Shown in pieces: positions 52,300 through 64,000 of a stretch of DNA of 64,000 bases. The position numbers and the translations under genes were made by a program. This DNA is from Euglena gracilis. Lineage: Eukaryota. The notes under the pieces were generated by a model that did no database searches, had not been told where the DNA came from, and saw nothing but the letters and a program-made list of their open reading frames with translations. The first letter of the stretch is position 1, and every line of letters begins with the position of its first letter. The stretch lies in NCBI GenBank assembly GCA_039621445.1, contig CP154954.1, forward strand, positions 20,322,642 to 20,386,641, written 5' to 3'.

Positions 52300-55250
52300 C
52301 CAACAACTCCCGCAAAACTTCCGGCAAATTAGTGAATGCATGCACGAAACGCGGAATGACTCCAAATTTCTGCACTTACATGACTCACTACGACAGTTAT
52401 AGGGACAAATGGAGTCCTGTTCATCCGCGTTGTTGCATTTGCAACAACAGTTGCATGCACGAGATTCCTCGTCTGCAACATCCAGTACTGGTGGATTTGT
52501 GTCTATGGACCATTTCACCACCCTATCCGCAACTTTCCATGAACCACAACACCGCAGTATGCAGTTGTGCGATGAAATGGAAAAGTTTCAGCAATTCCAG
52601 TCACAAGCCAACGAGAATTTTGCTCCCCACACGTATGTGCGGCAGTTGGAGGGGCGACATTCCCGTTTGGAGCAGAAAACCTGCTATGGTGACGCGAATC
52701 GGGTTGGATTATCCAATCTGAGCGGAAGTAGCACAACGGCAGGATTCCTTGCAATTGCAGTTGCAATCCGACATTGGCGGGATTAACTCGGCAATTGCGG
52801 GTTTGCAACAAATCTATTCCGCACTTTCCCACCGAGTTCCGGACATTAGCGGTGTTCAGACTGCTATTGGGGAACTCCAGACCCGGTATACATCGGTGTC
52901 TACTAAAGTAACGGAAATGCAGTCTCTACCTGCAGGTTTCAATTCCGGGATTACCGAGAACCCTGATTTCAAAGCGTTTTATGACAAAATGCTCACTGGT
53001 AGTCAGGAAACCTTGCAAGATTTCTGCATCAGCCTATTACGGCTTGAGGAATCGGTGAATCGGAATGCCCGATCCACGCAAGGTGAGATTACCATGTTGG
53101 ATGAGCGAATTTTAGCGTTTTTGGATAAGCCACAACCCGGAAATTTGCCCGTGGGTACCACAGCCGCGTCGTTTGATAAACCCGCACCGGTTGCACCCAT
53201 CACCACACCAACCAAAATGCAACCACCTTTGAAGATTCTCTCAAATGCTGTAAAAGCATTAACGGGACAACTCCAATTATTGGATGAGTCTCACGGAAAG
53301 CCTGTCCCAGATGTTACCGGAATTTCCGAAAGGATTCCGCATTTGGATGATTTTCCAGTTACCGCAAGCGTATTCGCGCTTTGGAGGATGAGGTTGACCG
53401 TATTTGCGGCCAACTCCAACATGTTGAGCATTTGGAGCAAAGTGTGCGTGACTTGTCTGTGGGTTTGGACAATGTGTCCAACCAACAGCGGGTTTCACAC
53501 CGCAATTCGGCAGTATGCATTGCTGAAGATGCGCCAAATGTTCCAGGTTCGCGTTTCCACAACCCGACTCTAGGTGCACATGCACCACCACCACCCGTGT
53601 CCCGAGTGTCAAAATCCGCGATTGTGCGAATTGTGCCACCATTGGTCTTGCCCACAACCCAAACCCAGTTTTCGGATGAATTTCCCATTACGGGAACCGA
53701 ATTTTCGTAAAACACGGCGATTCCGCCAAGTCTCCACTAAGAAATACGTCATTCCATGCTTGTGCGTGGAATGAGCCAAACCTGTACACCGGGAGTGGGT
53801 CACATGTTGCATGTGCGACATACCCCCACACCGGAGAATCCCCGAATTACGGGTGACCAACAGGGTTTGCGACCGGATTTCCGGCACCAGGATTCACCTT
53901 CACCAGAAATTTCGCGATTCCGACAAGAATCCTGAAAGGATACGCTTGGTGCTCGAGCGTACCCAGGCCCAAAACCGCGGAATACCACCGAGGGTCACTG
54001 GGTTCCTCAGAAAGACTTTAAGGGCACCATCGCAATCGCAAACAAGGTGAAACCCCAACGGGACGGTGATCCAACCACATGGAGACAGTTTTTCCGGGAC
54101 TGGGAGTACTACTGGGCATTGAAAGAACCAACCCAGGACACAAACCCGGAGGAGATCAATATGGAATTCATTGATTGCCTCCCAAGGGATGAGAAGGAGC
54201 GCGTGCGACAACTTGTGATTCGCTACCGCGTTTCCTTTGATGACCTGGTGAAGCAATACGCTTCCACCACTTCAAGTTTGGTCGCGGCAATGCACCTCAC
54301 CCGATCGCAAGTGGAAGTCCATTGACCTTTGGTGTGCCAAATGGTTAAGACTTGCCGCTGAAGTGGATGAACTCAGTGAAAAGCAAATGCGCGAACAGTT
54401 TGACGCTGTTCTCATGCATTTCACGCCTAGCCTCATCAAGGATATCCACCGTGAGGAGTTGGCGGGGCATCCAATGACTCTTGACCAACGCTGGAACTAC
54501 GTTTCCAAGCAGTTGAAGCTATCACAGCTTCTTGGTCAAATTCAATCCGCGTTTAATGCACACCCAACGGCTGGATTACCGGCTGGTTCGGCGAACGCAT
54601 TGCCAAAATCACCGGTTTCACCCACTTCACCAAACACGGGATCGAAAACGCGATACCCGCGTTCTTCGGAGCAAGCCACGGATAAAATGTGCTTTTTGTG
54701 AAACAAATTGGGACATATGCCTCAGAAATGTCCTAATCCTGAAGCGTGAAAGCGTATTCAGACTCCGCGAGGCTCGACCTCATCACGAGGTTCGGGTTCC
54801 TTCGCATTTTCACGCCAATCGTGCAATTCACGGTCATCGGGTCCCCGTTCCGGTGGTATTAGCCCCCGGATCCCGTTCCGCGATGAGCGGATACACGGTA
54901 CCTCTCGGGGTAGGTCACCCGGTGCCCCTGCCAGGAAGCGTGATTCCTATCGCGAGACATCGCGATTGCATTCGCGAAGCAGATCATACTCTTCGCGATC
55001 CTCATCGGGAAACCCAGATACACCGGTCATGGTCGACGGGATACCCGGTCACCATGACGGTTTGACGGGAAATCGGGAAAACGATCACCTCGTTACCCAG
55101 AATCGCGACACAACTATCGGTGTTCGCTTTGTGGATCCAGTGATCACCACTCATCAAAATGTCCGCGTTCTCGTTCTCCCCGCCCTGGCCAACGTCATCG
55201 CGGTATAAATCGCGGTGACAAGGTCAATCCTCCAACCGCCATAAAGTCGG
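52300..55250 (+). mobile_element. Degenerate Gag-like retroelement ORF (coiled-coil N-terminus, capsid-like segment, two CCHC knuckles); no pol or LTR pair seen
   Basis: GDPTTWRQFFRDWEYYW (54060-54115); CFL*NKLGHMPQKC (54690-54731, second Cys mutated to stop); CSLCGSSDHHSSKC (55121-55162); multiple frameshifts and stops. Confidence 0.75.
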
Positions 55251-55471
55251 TTACGTGTTATCTTGTTTGGAGGATTTGGAGGATCAGCCGGACCAATGCT
55301 GGACGCCCAGCCGTCCGTCCGGACGAAGCATTTTTTCGCCAGCCGTCCGTCAAGCCGGACCAATGTCTGCCTTGCCAGCCGGCCGGACCAAAAAAAAAAT
55401 TTCCTTCCTTTCCGAAAAGCAGTCACGGCTTCCCTCCACTCGTCGCGTCAAATCAGGAAAAACTCGAAGTT

Positions 55472-55543
55472 GCCCCCCGGCGGGATTCGAACCCGCGACC
55501 TACCGGTCACACGCTAACCACACGACCGCTATGCCACGGGGGG
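55472..55543 (-). tRNA. tRNA-like sequence / pseudo-tRNA, anticodon not assignable
   Basis: 72 nt; perfect acceptor CCCCCCG/CGGGGGG; T arm GCGGG-TTCGAAT-CCCGC; A box TGGCATAGCGG; T5 run downstream; anticodon arm irregular. Confidence 0.6.
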
Positions 55544-55611
55544 TGATATCATTCTCGTCCGTGTACTTTTATGAAAATTATTTTTGCCGCCTCAGAGAAA
55601 ACAAGAAGTCG

Positions 55612-55685
55612 CCCCCAACGACCGGGATTCGAACCCGTGTCTACAGAGACATCGACCTGTGCTTCGACCTCTGAACTACACTGAC
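55612..55685 (-). tRNA. Second tRNA-like sequence, more degenerate
   Basis: A box TAGTTCAGAGG, B box GGTTCGAATCC, ACAG/CTGT anticodon stem, weak acceptor stem. Confidence 0.5.
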
Positions 55686-55974
55686 GATGTTCAGACATAT
55701 GCCCTTTATTTTGCACTTTTTCAGCCGTGGGGTGGGGGGGAGGGCTTTTTTTTGACGAAAAAAAGAAGAAATCACGGCCACACCAGCCGGTACGGGACAT
55801 ACGGTACCCGCACCGCCACAATAATGTTGCGGATGTTTGCAAGGGTCAACATCGCGCTTTTAAGTACAAACAAGTCCGGTGAGCGATGCTTTTGAGCGGC
55901 CACACCAAAGGTTTTCATCTACTCTTCAGGCCAAGTCAAACCCTGGGCCTTAGGATCTCCAGAAGCTGAAGGTT

Positions 55975-57595
55975 CCCCACACCGCAGTCAATCTTCGTCT
56001 GGATGCTGAACTTGTAGGCAATGTGGTAAGTGTGGCAGTCCAGCATGGGGGCATAACTGTTGCCAATCTGACCAGGGTGGTTCAGAATGATGACCTGAAG
56101 AAACTTGAATGTGAAAATTTTCCGCACTTCTCGGACAGAAAGAAGACCAAAGCCCTAAAACCAACCTTGTAACAGGCAGATTGTGAAAATATTCTGCCAA
56201 CCCAAGTCCTGCTGAGCGTTTGAAGAGAGGCTCACCTGGGCACAAGGTTCGGCAAATTTCGAAATTTTGGGAATTTTTCATTTCAATTGAAAAATTCGAA
56301 AAATTCGAATTTTTCGAATTTTTCAAAATCGCGAAACGCGAGTCTGGGTATTCCTAATTTACCACAACAGGCAAAGCTGCTGTGAGAGACTTGCACTTTG
56401 TGGACTGTGCAGAGAACTCTAATATTCCAGCCGGATGCAAGAGCATATGGTGAATTTGCCGAACACTCTCTCTTGGGAAATGTTCATTCTTCTCTTTTGC
56501 AGATCTCACTGACAAGAAATTATTAAAGCTTATCATGCTTGGTAATCTGGACCTGAGCATGTCCCTGCTAAACTGCTCCATTTGTTTTCATCCGGCCTAC
56601 AACGTGTGTATTTTCTGGTTCCTGTTGCTGTTCCTGTGTGCTTTTCAATGGCAAAGAACTGGCCAGCTTTGGGCCAGATGTGCTACCCCGTTTTGGACCA
56701 CATGCTGGCCAGTTTTGGGCCAGATGTGGTGGCCAGTTTTTAGGCCAGATGTGCTGGCCAGTTTTCGGCCACATTTGTGATGGCCAGTTTTGGGCCAGAG
56801 GTGCTGGCCAGTTTTGGGCCAGAGGTGGTGGCCAGTTTTTGGGGGCAGTTTTCGCACATTTGTGCTGGCCAGTTTTCGGCCACATTTGTGCTGGCCTTTT
56901 GGGCCAGATTGGTGGCCAGTTTTCGTCCACATTTTTGCTGGGCAGTTTTCGGCCACATTTGTGCTGGCCAGTTTTGGGCCAGAGGTGGTGGCCAGTTTTC
57001 GGCCACATTTGTGCTGTCCTGGCCAGTTTTGGGCCAGGCGCACTGGCCATTGGGCCAGATGTGGAGAAGGTTTGGTGCAGGGGGTTTTGGCTTCGGTGGG
57101 TTGGGATGGTCTGGGGGGGCTTCTATGGGTGGGGGGGTGTTTGGTCTTTTTTGTCCATTTTATCGGAGGGGGGCCTCTCTGGGTGGGGGAGGGGGTCGGT
57201 TTTTTGTCCATTTTATCGAGGGGCTTCCACGCAGTTGCGGTGGACTTCAATTCGTAAAAAAAACCCTGTTGCTGCGAGCAAGATTTGCCGTGGACGGGAG
57301 AAAGAACTTTATCAGAGGTGGAAAAAAACATATTCCGTGCGCAGTGCTTCACCCTGTGGAAATTTTGGAAATTTTCCTCACGAAAAATTCGAATAATTCA
57401 ACTGCGAAAAATTCGAATTATTCGAAACGGAAAAAAACGCCGAACCCTGCCTGGGCAGTGAAGTCAGCAGCCTCCTTGGCGTTGGCGTTCGAGGCCACAT
57501 AACCAATATCGAATATCCTTGAGGCCACATATCGAATATCCTTTACAGACACGTTCTTCACGTTGAAGCCAACGTTGTCGCCAAGGACAGCCTCT
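55975..57595 (-). pseudogene. EEF1A: Elongation factor 1-alpha gene fragment (domain II/III), degenerate, retains a GT-AG intron (56095-56235)
   Basis: 57451-57595 [39 protein letters not shown]; 55975-56094 [36 protein letters not shown]; internal duplication at 57491-57543, small deletions, substitutions at conserved sites, no GTPase domain seen. Confidence 0.9.
56243..57449. mobile_element. hAT-like non-autonomous element inserted at an EF-1alpha exon end
   Basis: TIR caaggttcggc / gccgaaccctg; 8-bp TSD cctgggca; subterminal aattcgaa repeats; internal 21-22 bp tandem array. Confidence 0.9.
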
Positions 57596-57869
57596 CTGGA
57601 AGGGAGGAAAGGGAAAACAAGGGAAACAGGACATTGTTTCTTAACACACCATCCACAGAAGGTTTCTGGGTCAGGAACTTCCTCATGATTCTTGAATGCG
57701 TGATGCTTGAACTGGGCAAGTCAAACCAGAGGACACGGGGCGAGTCCTACCAGGGATTTGCGTGTGTTTACGGGTGTTTCCTAACTTTCATGTACGGAAA
57801 ATGAAAGGAAAGGTTTCACAGATTTTATCTTTCTTTCAGAGCATTTTCCACGAACTGCACCACCCTACC

Positions 57870-58480
57870 CCCAGAGTGGCCAAAATTTTTTGCCGAAGGC
57901 GCCAAAGCCCAAAAATTGACCCCCGCCCCTCCCTCACAACGGCCGTTTTGGAAAATTTGTCCCCCCCCCCCTCAAAGTGGCCATTTTCTCTTGGCGCCGA
58001 AGGCGCCAAAGCCCAAAAATTGACCCCCCCCAAAGTGTCCCCTCCCTCACAATGGCCGTTTTGGCAAATTTGTCCCCCCCCCTCAAAGTGGCCATTTTCT
58101 CTTGGCGCCAAAGGCGCCAAAGCCCAAAAATTGACCCCCCCCAAAGTGTCCCCTCCCTCACAATGGCCGTTTTGGCAAATTTGTTCCCCCCCCTCAAAGT
58201 GGCCATTTTCTCTTGGCGCCGAAGGCGCCAAAGCCCAAAAATTGACCCCCGCCAAAGTGTCCCCTCCCTCACAACGGCCGTTTTGGCAAATTTGTCCCCC
58301 CCCCTCAAAGTGGCCATTTTTCTCTTGGCGCCGAAGGCGCCAAAGCCCAAAAATTGACCCCCCCCTCAAAGTGTCCCCTCCCTCACAATGGCCGTTTTGG
58401 CAAATTTGTCCCCCCCCCCAAAGTGGCCATTTTCTCTTGGCGCCAAAGGCGCCGAAGCCCAAAAATTGACCCCCCCCCCA
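57870..58480. repeat. ~120-bp tandem array, inverse of 46915-47450
   Basis: Unit caaagtggccattttctcttggcgccgaaggcgccaaagcccaaaaattgacc... about 5 copies; related unit at 32070-32370. Confidence 0.9.
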
Positions 58481-59724
58481 AAGTCCTTTGTTTCTGCATC
58501 ATTGGGATGTTTCAGGGTCCAAATACTGTGAACACAGTTTTCTTGGTCGGAGTCCGTGTTTAGAAACACAGACTTAGGTCAAAGTCTGTGTTTCTAAACA
58601 CGGACTTCGGCACGTCAAAGTCTGTGTTTAGAAACACAGACTTTGACCAAAGCCATGTTGCTATAAACACAGCCTTAACAACAAAGAGAATTGAAAAAGA
58701 GTGTTACAAAGAGAGGCAAATTACCTGGATTTTTTCAAAAATTGGGCAATTGGTCACTTATTTCAAGTTTTTAATCGGCACCCCACTATTTTTTCTTGTT
58801 TCCACCCACATATGTTGTAAATTCATAAAAGCTGTCAAATTGCCTTTGAGGAAGGTTTTAGAAGAGGAGATGGTCCAATCCATGCTTTTTGTGAGTTCAT
58901 TTTTTTGAATTTTGGACATTGAGGTAACATTGAGGTTGAGGTTGAGGTTGAGGTCGTTGACATTGAGGTTGAACTTTTTTTGAAATCCTCAACCTCAATC
59001 CCGCCCTGCGGCCGTCTAAGTTTGTGGCCTGTTTGATACGGCTTTCTGTCCCGGACCCTGACTTTGGAACGCGAACGTGTCCCATCCTCTGAGATTCATA
59101 TACCTTCGTACCCACTTTCATACACCTTTCACACACACTCCGAATAATGGAGGTTAGGCAGGGGTGGGGGGGGGCTGTGGACCCCCCCTGGTGAAGTTCA
59201 CCGGTGAACATTCACCGGGGGGGGGTACTTTCGGCGGTGAAGTTCACCGGTGAAGTTCACCGGTGAACTTCACCGTTTTGATGGTTGGGGGTGAAATTTT
59301 CATTGGTAAAATTTTGCTCCTTTCCTCTCAAAATGGTCATTTTGAGGTTGATGCTTCATGGAATTTTATCGAAATTTCCGAAAACTTGCCCAAAATGCCA
59401 TTTTTGGCCATTTTTGGCCAAAAAAGTACTCTCTTGGTGAACTTCACTGGTGAAGTTCACCGATGGGTTAGGCAGAGGGGGGGGGGGGGGGTCCGGGACC
59501 CCCCGGTGAACTTTCAAACGGTGAACTTCACCATAGGGGGGGGGGAGGGGGGTCAAAATGACCAAAGTCTACTGCTTGATCTCCAATGTATATATTATGA
59601 AAAAAACATCAGAGGTGGAACGACGACAATGCGAATGGAACAGACAGTTGGGAAATGGTAGCTTGAGCGAGTCGACGAATGGAAGGGTAAACCAGCTTCA
59701 CAACACACCATTAGAAAACAAACC

Positions 59725-61785
59725 TCAGAAGACAAGCGTCTTGAGCTCCTTCTTCTTGATCTTCAACAGCTTCATCCCAAAGGCGGTGGTCTCGACCTCC
59801 AGGTCCAGCTCCCGGACCTGGCCTGGGGGGGGGGGGGTAGTGGGCCGACCCTAGGGTCGGCCCAATAGGACCCTGGGGTCGCTAGGGTCGCTAAAGTCGT
59901 TAAGGTCGACCCCCCCCCCAGGACGTGGAGTGGGCCGACCCTAGGGTCGCCCGTCCTAGGGTCGTGGGCCGACCCTAGGGTCGACCCTAGGGTCGGCCCA
60001 CCCCAGGACCTCGCCCCCCCCCCAAAAATGTGGAGAATTTTTTGCCCATTTGAACAGGAATTGAATTTGGACTTGAGGTTGGAATCCTGGGATGATGCCA
60101 CGTGGAAAAGGCAACGAGCAAAGCCCACAGGATTGTTTTGGGGGCCAAATCACTTTTGTTGCTCTCTCTTAGAGGGCCCGAAAATAACCAAATCCCTTGT
60201 GATTCCAAGTCGTTTTTTTGGGGCAAATCCCTTGTGTTTCCAAGTCGTTTTGGGGGGTAAATCCCTTGTGTTGTTCAACTGATCGAGGGCCCCCCAAAAA
60301 ATCAAAATCCCTGTTGCAGGAATGGAATCGTCATTTTGACCACTGTAAATTAGTCGTCATTTTAGGACAGCGGGATCGTCACTGACAGCCACCCCTGTCA
60401 AACGTAGGTTCTGCGTCAAACGAAAAAATTTGTGTCATACGTACCCGTACGTTTGACAGCCGGATAGTCAAAGTAGGCTGGAGTTGTGAAGAAGTGCCGG
60501 ATGAACTGCACGCAGGATACCAGGTTCCCCAAGAAGCAAACCCTTCCAGTCGTCCCAAAACCCGGAGAAGTTTTCCACACAGAACTGCAAGAAATAGAGT
60601 TAATTTTTGAACCTCCCCCCCCCCCCGCCCAAGAAAACAAACCCTTCACACCAAAACTGGTCCCCACCTGTGGCACTAAGAGTGTTCCCAAAACTGCCCA
60701 AGATTTGGACCCAAGATGTGGGAGGGGCGGTCAAAACAAGAACGTCAGAACAAACACAGCCTTTTTCAAAAACGTTTTTGGCAAAAAACAAAAACAAGTG
60801 AAACAGCCAACGCAAAGGCATACAGCATGCAATTTACAGCAACAGGGTCCAGTGTTTTTTTGCAAAACACCACAGGACCCTGACACCTTCACTTCATTAC
60901 TCTTCTTGGTTTATCTTCTTCTTCACATTTCAACCTGTGAGCACAAGGATGACAAATGAAAGGCAACCGGCCACTGAAAAACATGACAGAATCAGAATTC
61001 AATTTGCAGAATTACAGTTTGAAGGCGAATTGGGAAAAACTGGAGCAAGAAAACACAGAATGCAAGGCCAAAATGTCACCAAAACATCAGGCCAAAGCCA
61101 CAGATCTGCAGCCAGTGCTCTGTTAAATGGCAGCAAAAGTTCCAAAACTGTAAAAAACGACCAGAAAACCACGAGAACGCTCAGAAAATGACAGGGGGTG
61201 TTCCCCCCGTGACCCCCCTGTGACCCCCCCCCCCCGTGACCCCCCCGTGACCCGAACAAGGACCCTTTTCGGCGAAATTTTGTCGGGAAAAATATTGGCT
61301 GGCGATGCCTAATTCTGGGGCAGATTCCTAATTTTGAGGCATAAATTTTTCAAATTTGGGCTTGGCGATTCCTAATTTGGAGTCAAAATCCTAATTTTAG
61401 GCGTGGGGATTCCTAATTTGTGGAATTTTTCTCCAAAATTCCGACTCGGTGATTCCTAATTTTGCCACCAAAAATGTGGTGTTCCCCCCGTGACCCCCCC
61501 CCCCCCCGTGACCCCCCCCCCCCCGTGACCCCCCCGTGACCCGAACCACCCCCACATAAAAACAGATCACACAATAGAAGACATGCCACACGAGAGGGTG
61601 GGACTCAAAATTGTCACTCAGCAGACCAAATTTTGAAAAAAATGCCACATTTTTGAAAGTGGTCCAGATGCACTAGAAAAGACCATTACAATCATTCTTC
61701 AAAAGACACCTTCAGATGGCCAACCTGCTTCAATCTTCAAAAAATCTTGCATCATTGCATTCTCATCTTCCAAATAGCTTGTATC
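59725..61785 (-). CDS. Exons of an unidentified gene: about 61725-61785, 60468-60584 and terminal 59725-59817
   Basis: DTSYLEDENAMMQDFLKIEA (CAG/GT bounded), SVWKTSPGFGTTGRVCFLGNLVSCVQFIRHFFTTPAYFD (CAG acceptor), VRELDLEVETTAFGMKLLKIKKKELKTLVF-stop; coding-like codon use. Confidence 0.5.
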
Positions 61786-61859
61786 TGAAGTTAGAAGAAA
61801 GATAAAACCCAATTCCAAAAGGGGAAAACACCCGAAGGTAAGAAGATTACGAGCGCGAG

Positions 61860-63127
61860 CAGGGTTGCATATAGGAATGTAGGGATATAGGAGATGTAGG
61901 GCTAGGTATAGGTATAGGTATAGGTTTTTCCACCTCCTATATCTCCTATATCTCCTATATGTCGTGACCAAAAACAATTTTTGGGGGGAATATGAACGGC
62001 ATTGCAAGAATTGTTTGCCCGTGTTTTTGTTGGATGCTTTATCACTTGCACCCCAAGATCACACTCTCGGAATGAACCCCTTTTGTGACAATATTATTCT
62101 TACCGTTGCCCCCAATTTGTATTGGCTAAGCAAACATCATGTTGCCCAATAATTGGCTGAATTTTCCTTTTTTTTTTCACCATCGCGGTCACTGAAGCGG
62201 CTGTGGAGCGCACTTTCAGTGTGCAAAAAGCTCCAATCCGAAATTTGTTGAATGAGAAAGTGGTGCAAGCAGTACTTTTTGTGAAGTTCAACTTGCTGAA
62301 CTTTGGTAATGAGGGCCATTCCTCACTCCCTGAGGGAGCCCAAAAAGTTTTTGTATCACGAAGATATTTCTTTTGAAGACAATCCATCCTTGGAGCCTTC
62401 TGACCTTACTGCCGATGTTGTCTCACCGTTTTGGCACTTCTGACCCCAAAAACATTTGTTTGTGTCGGTGATCCGATCAACAAGGAAGAAGAGCCATCAT
62501 TTTTGCTTCCTGTGCTCTTTCGTTGGCTCCTGAAGGCATTTACATGTGCGAAGGTTTTGCACACATAAATGCCTTCAGGAACCAAGGAAAGAGACATTGG
62601 TACACCCCTCCGAGGGGCTCGCCACGCCATTTCCCCCCCTCCCTAGCCGGACCCCCTCGCCACGCCACCTGTTACATTTTTGATTTTGCAACCATGGTAC
62701 ACCCCTCCCCCCCCATCCGAGACCCCCTCGCCACGCCATTTTCCCGCCATTCCCCCCCCATTCGGACCCCCTCGCGACAACGTGCCAACCCCCCTAAGTG
62801 ACATATAAGTGACATATTTGGAGACATATAAGTGACATATAGGTATAGGTATAACGTGACCCCCCCCCCTATATGGCACCCCCTCGGGAGCGTTTTGACC
62901 CCCCCTGGCGACTATTAGGGGGGGGTGACAATTAGGGGGGGGTTACTCAATTTACCCCACATTTCCATGGGTCCATGGGTAACCCCCCCCCCCTAATTGT
63001 CGCCCCCCCAAGGGGGGGGCGACTATTAGGGGGGGGGTGACAAATAGGGGGGGGGGTCACGTTAAGTATAGGTTGTCGACATATAGGTATAGGTCTTTTG
63101 CCAAACCTATACCTATATGCAACCCTG
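61860..63127 (+). mobile_element. Degenerate hAT transposon with dimerisation-domain remnant and nested inserts
   Basis: Perfect TIR cagggttgcatatagg; 7-bp TSD gcgcgag; 62176-62300 IAVTEAAVERTFS...RNLLNEKVVQAVLFVKFN. Confidence 0.88.
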
Positions 63128-63269
63128 GCGCGAGAACCAAGGCGCTTTGCGTGAGTCCTAATCAGCCCGTTCGTTATACAACTTTACCGATTGTCAGCCT
63201 TTTTTTCAAAATGTCAAGTAACCTGTCACACGGTGTCGTTTGTCAGGTGAAATTTGCATTCCTGCCCTG

Positions 63270-64000
63270 TTGTGTCCAAGTCGTTTTTGGGGGCCAAATC
63301 CCTTGTGGTTCCAAGTTGTTTTGGGGGGCAAATCCCTTGTGTTTTCAAATCGTTTTGGGGGGCAAATCCCTTGTGTCCTCCAGCTGATCGAGGGAACAAA
63401 AATAACAAAATCCCGTGTGTTGCCAAGTTGTTTTCCTTGTAGTTCCAAGTCGTTTTGGGGGGCAAATCCCTTTTGTTGTCCAACTGTTCGAGGGCCCCAA
63501 AGTACTCCAATTCGTTTTGGGGGGCAAGTCCCTTTTGTTGTCCAACTGATCGAGGAAACCAAAATAACAAATTTTTTTGTGTCTCCAAGTCGTTTTGGGG
63601 GGCAAGTCCCTTTTGTTGTTCAGCTGATCGCGGGCCCCAAAGTAACAAAATCCTTTGTGTCTCCAAGTCGTTTTGGGGGGCAAGTCCCTTGTGTTTTCAA
63701 ATTGTTTTGGGGGGCAAATCCCTTGTGTTTTCAAATTGTTTTAGGGGGCAAATCCCTTGTGTTGTCCTGCTGATCGAGGGCCCCAAAATAACAAAATCCC
63801 TTGTGTTGCCAAGTTGTTTTGGGGGCAAATCCCTTGTGTTTCCAAGTCGTTTTGGGGAGAAAATCCCTTTTGTTGTCCAACTGATCGAGGACACCAAAAA
63901 TAACTAGAAAATTTTTCTCTCCAAGTCGTTTTGGGGTGCAAGTCCCTTGTGTTTTCAAATCGTTTTGGGGGGCAAATCCTTTGTGTTGTCCAGCTGATCG
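63270..64000. repeat. Compound ~30/60-bp minisatellite
   Basis: Unit tcgttttggggggcaaatcccttgtg; related patches at 60120-60310 and 30890-31030. Confidence 0.9.

Noticed and set aside
56660-57060. Long ORFs (235-252 aa) on both strands
   Set aside because: Translations of a 21-22 bp tandem repeat inside a non-autonomous element
63270-64000. Regular repeats resembling a CRISPR array
   Set aside because: The intervening segments are themselves repeated rather than unique spacers, there are no cas genes, and the context is eukaryotic

Overview
Eukaryotic, transposon-saturated DNA, most likely from a euglenid (inferred from GC-rich micro-exons, non-GT-AG stem-forming introns and EF-1alpha residues). 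The one well-supported gene is a minus-strand NSUN2/Trm4-like RNA m5C methyltransferase (ATG at 19035, at least 14 exons down to 8922, probably continuing to about 7630), assembled by hand. Most of its introns lack GT-AG and have base-paired ends. The window also holds an intron-bearing EF-1alpha pseudogene fragment, scattered exons of 2-3 unidentified genes, a degenerate Gag-like ORF followed by two tRNA-like units, TTAA-flanked elements with a PHD-finger remnant, and many nested MITEs. These include CAG...CTG-ended hAT-like MITEs with 8- or 7-bp TSDs and TA-flanked ones. The most interesting signal is that the unpaired overhang of the non-canonical introns (8 or 7 nt) equals the TSD lengths of the local CAG...CTG elements, and one insertion in EF-1alpha already fits the intron consensus. 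This suggests hAT MITEs act as intron generators. All coordinates were read by eye, and splice junctions need transcript confirmation.
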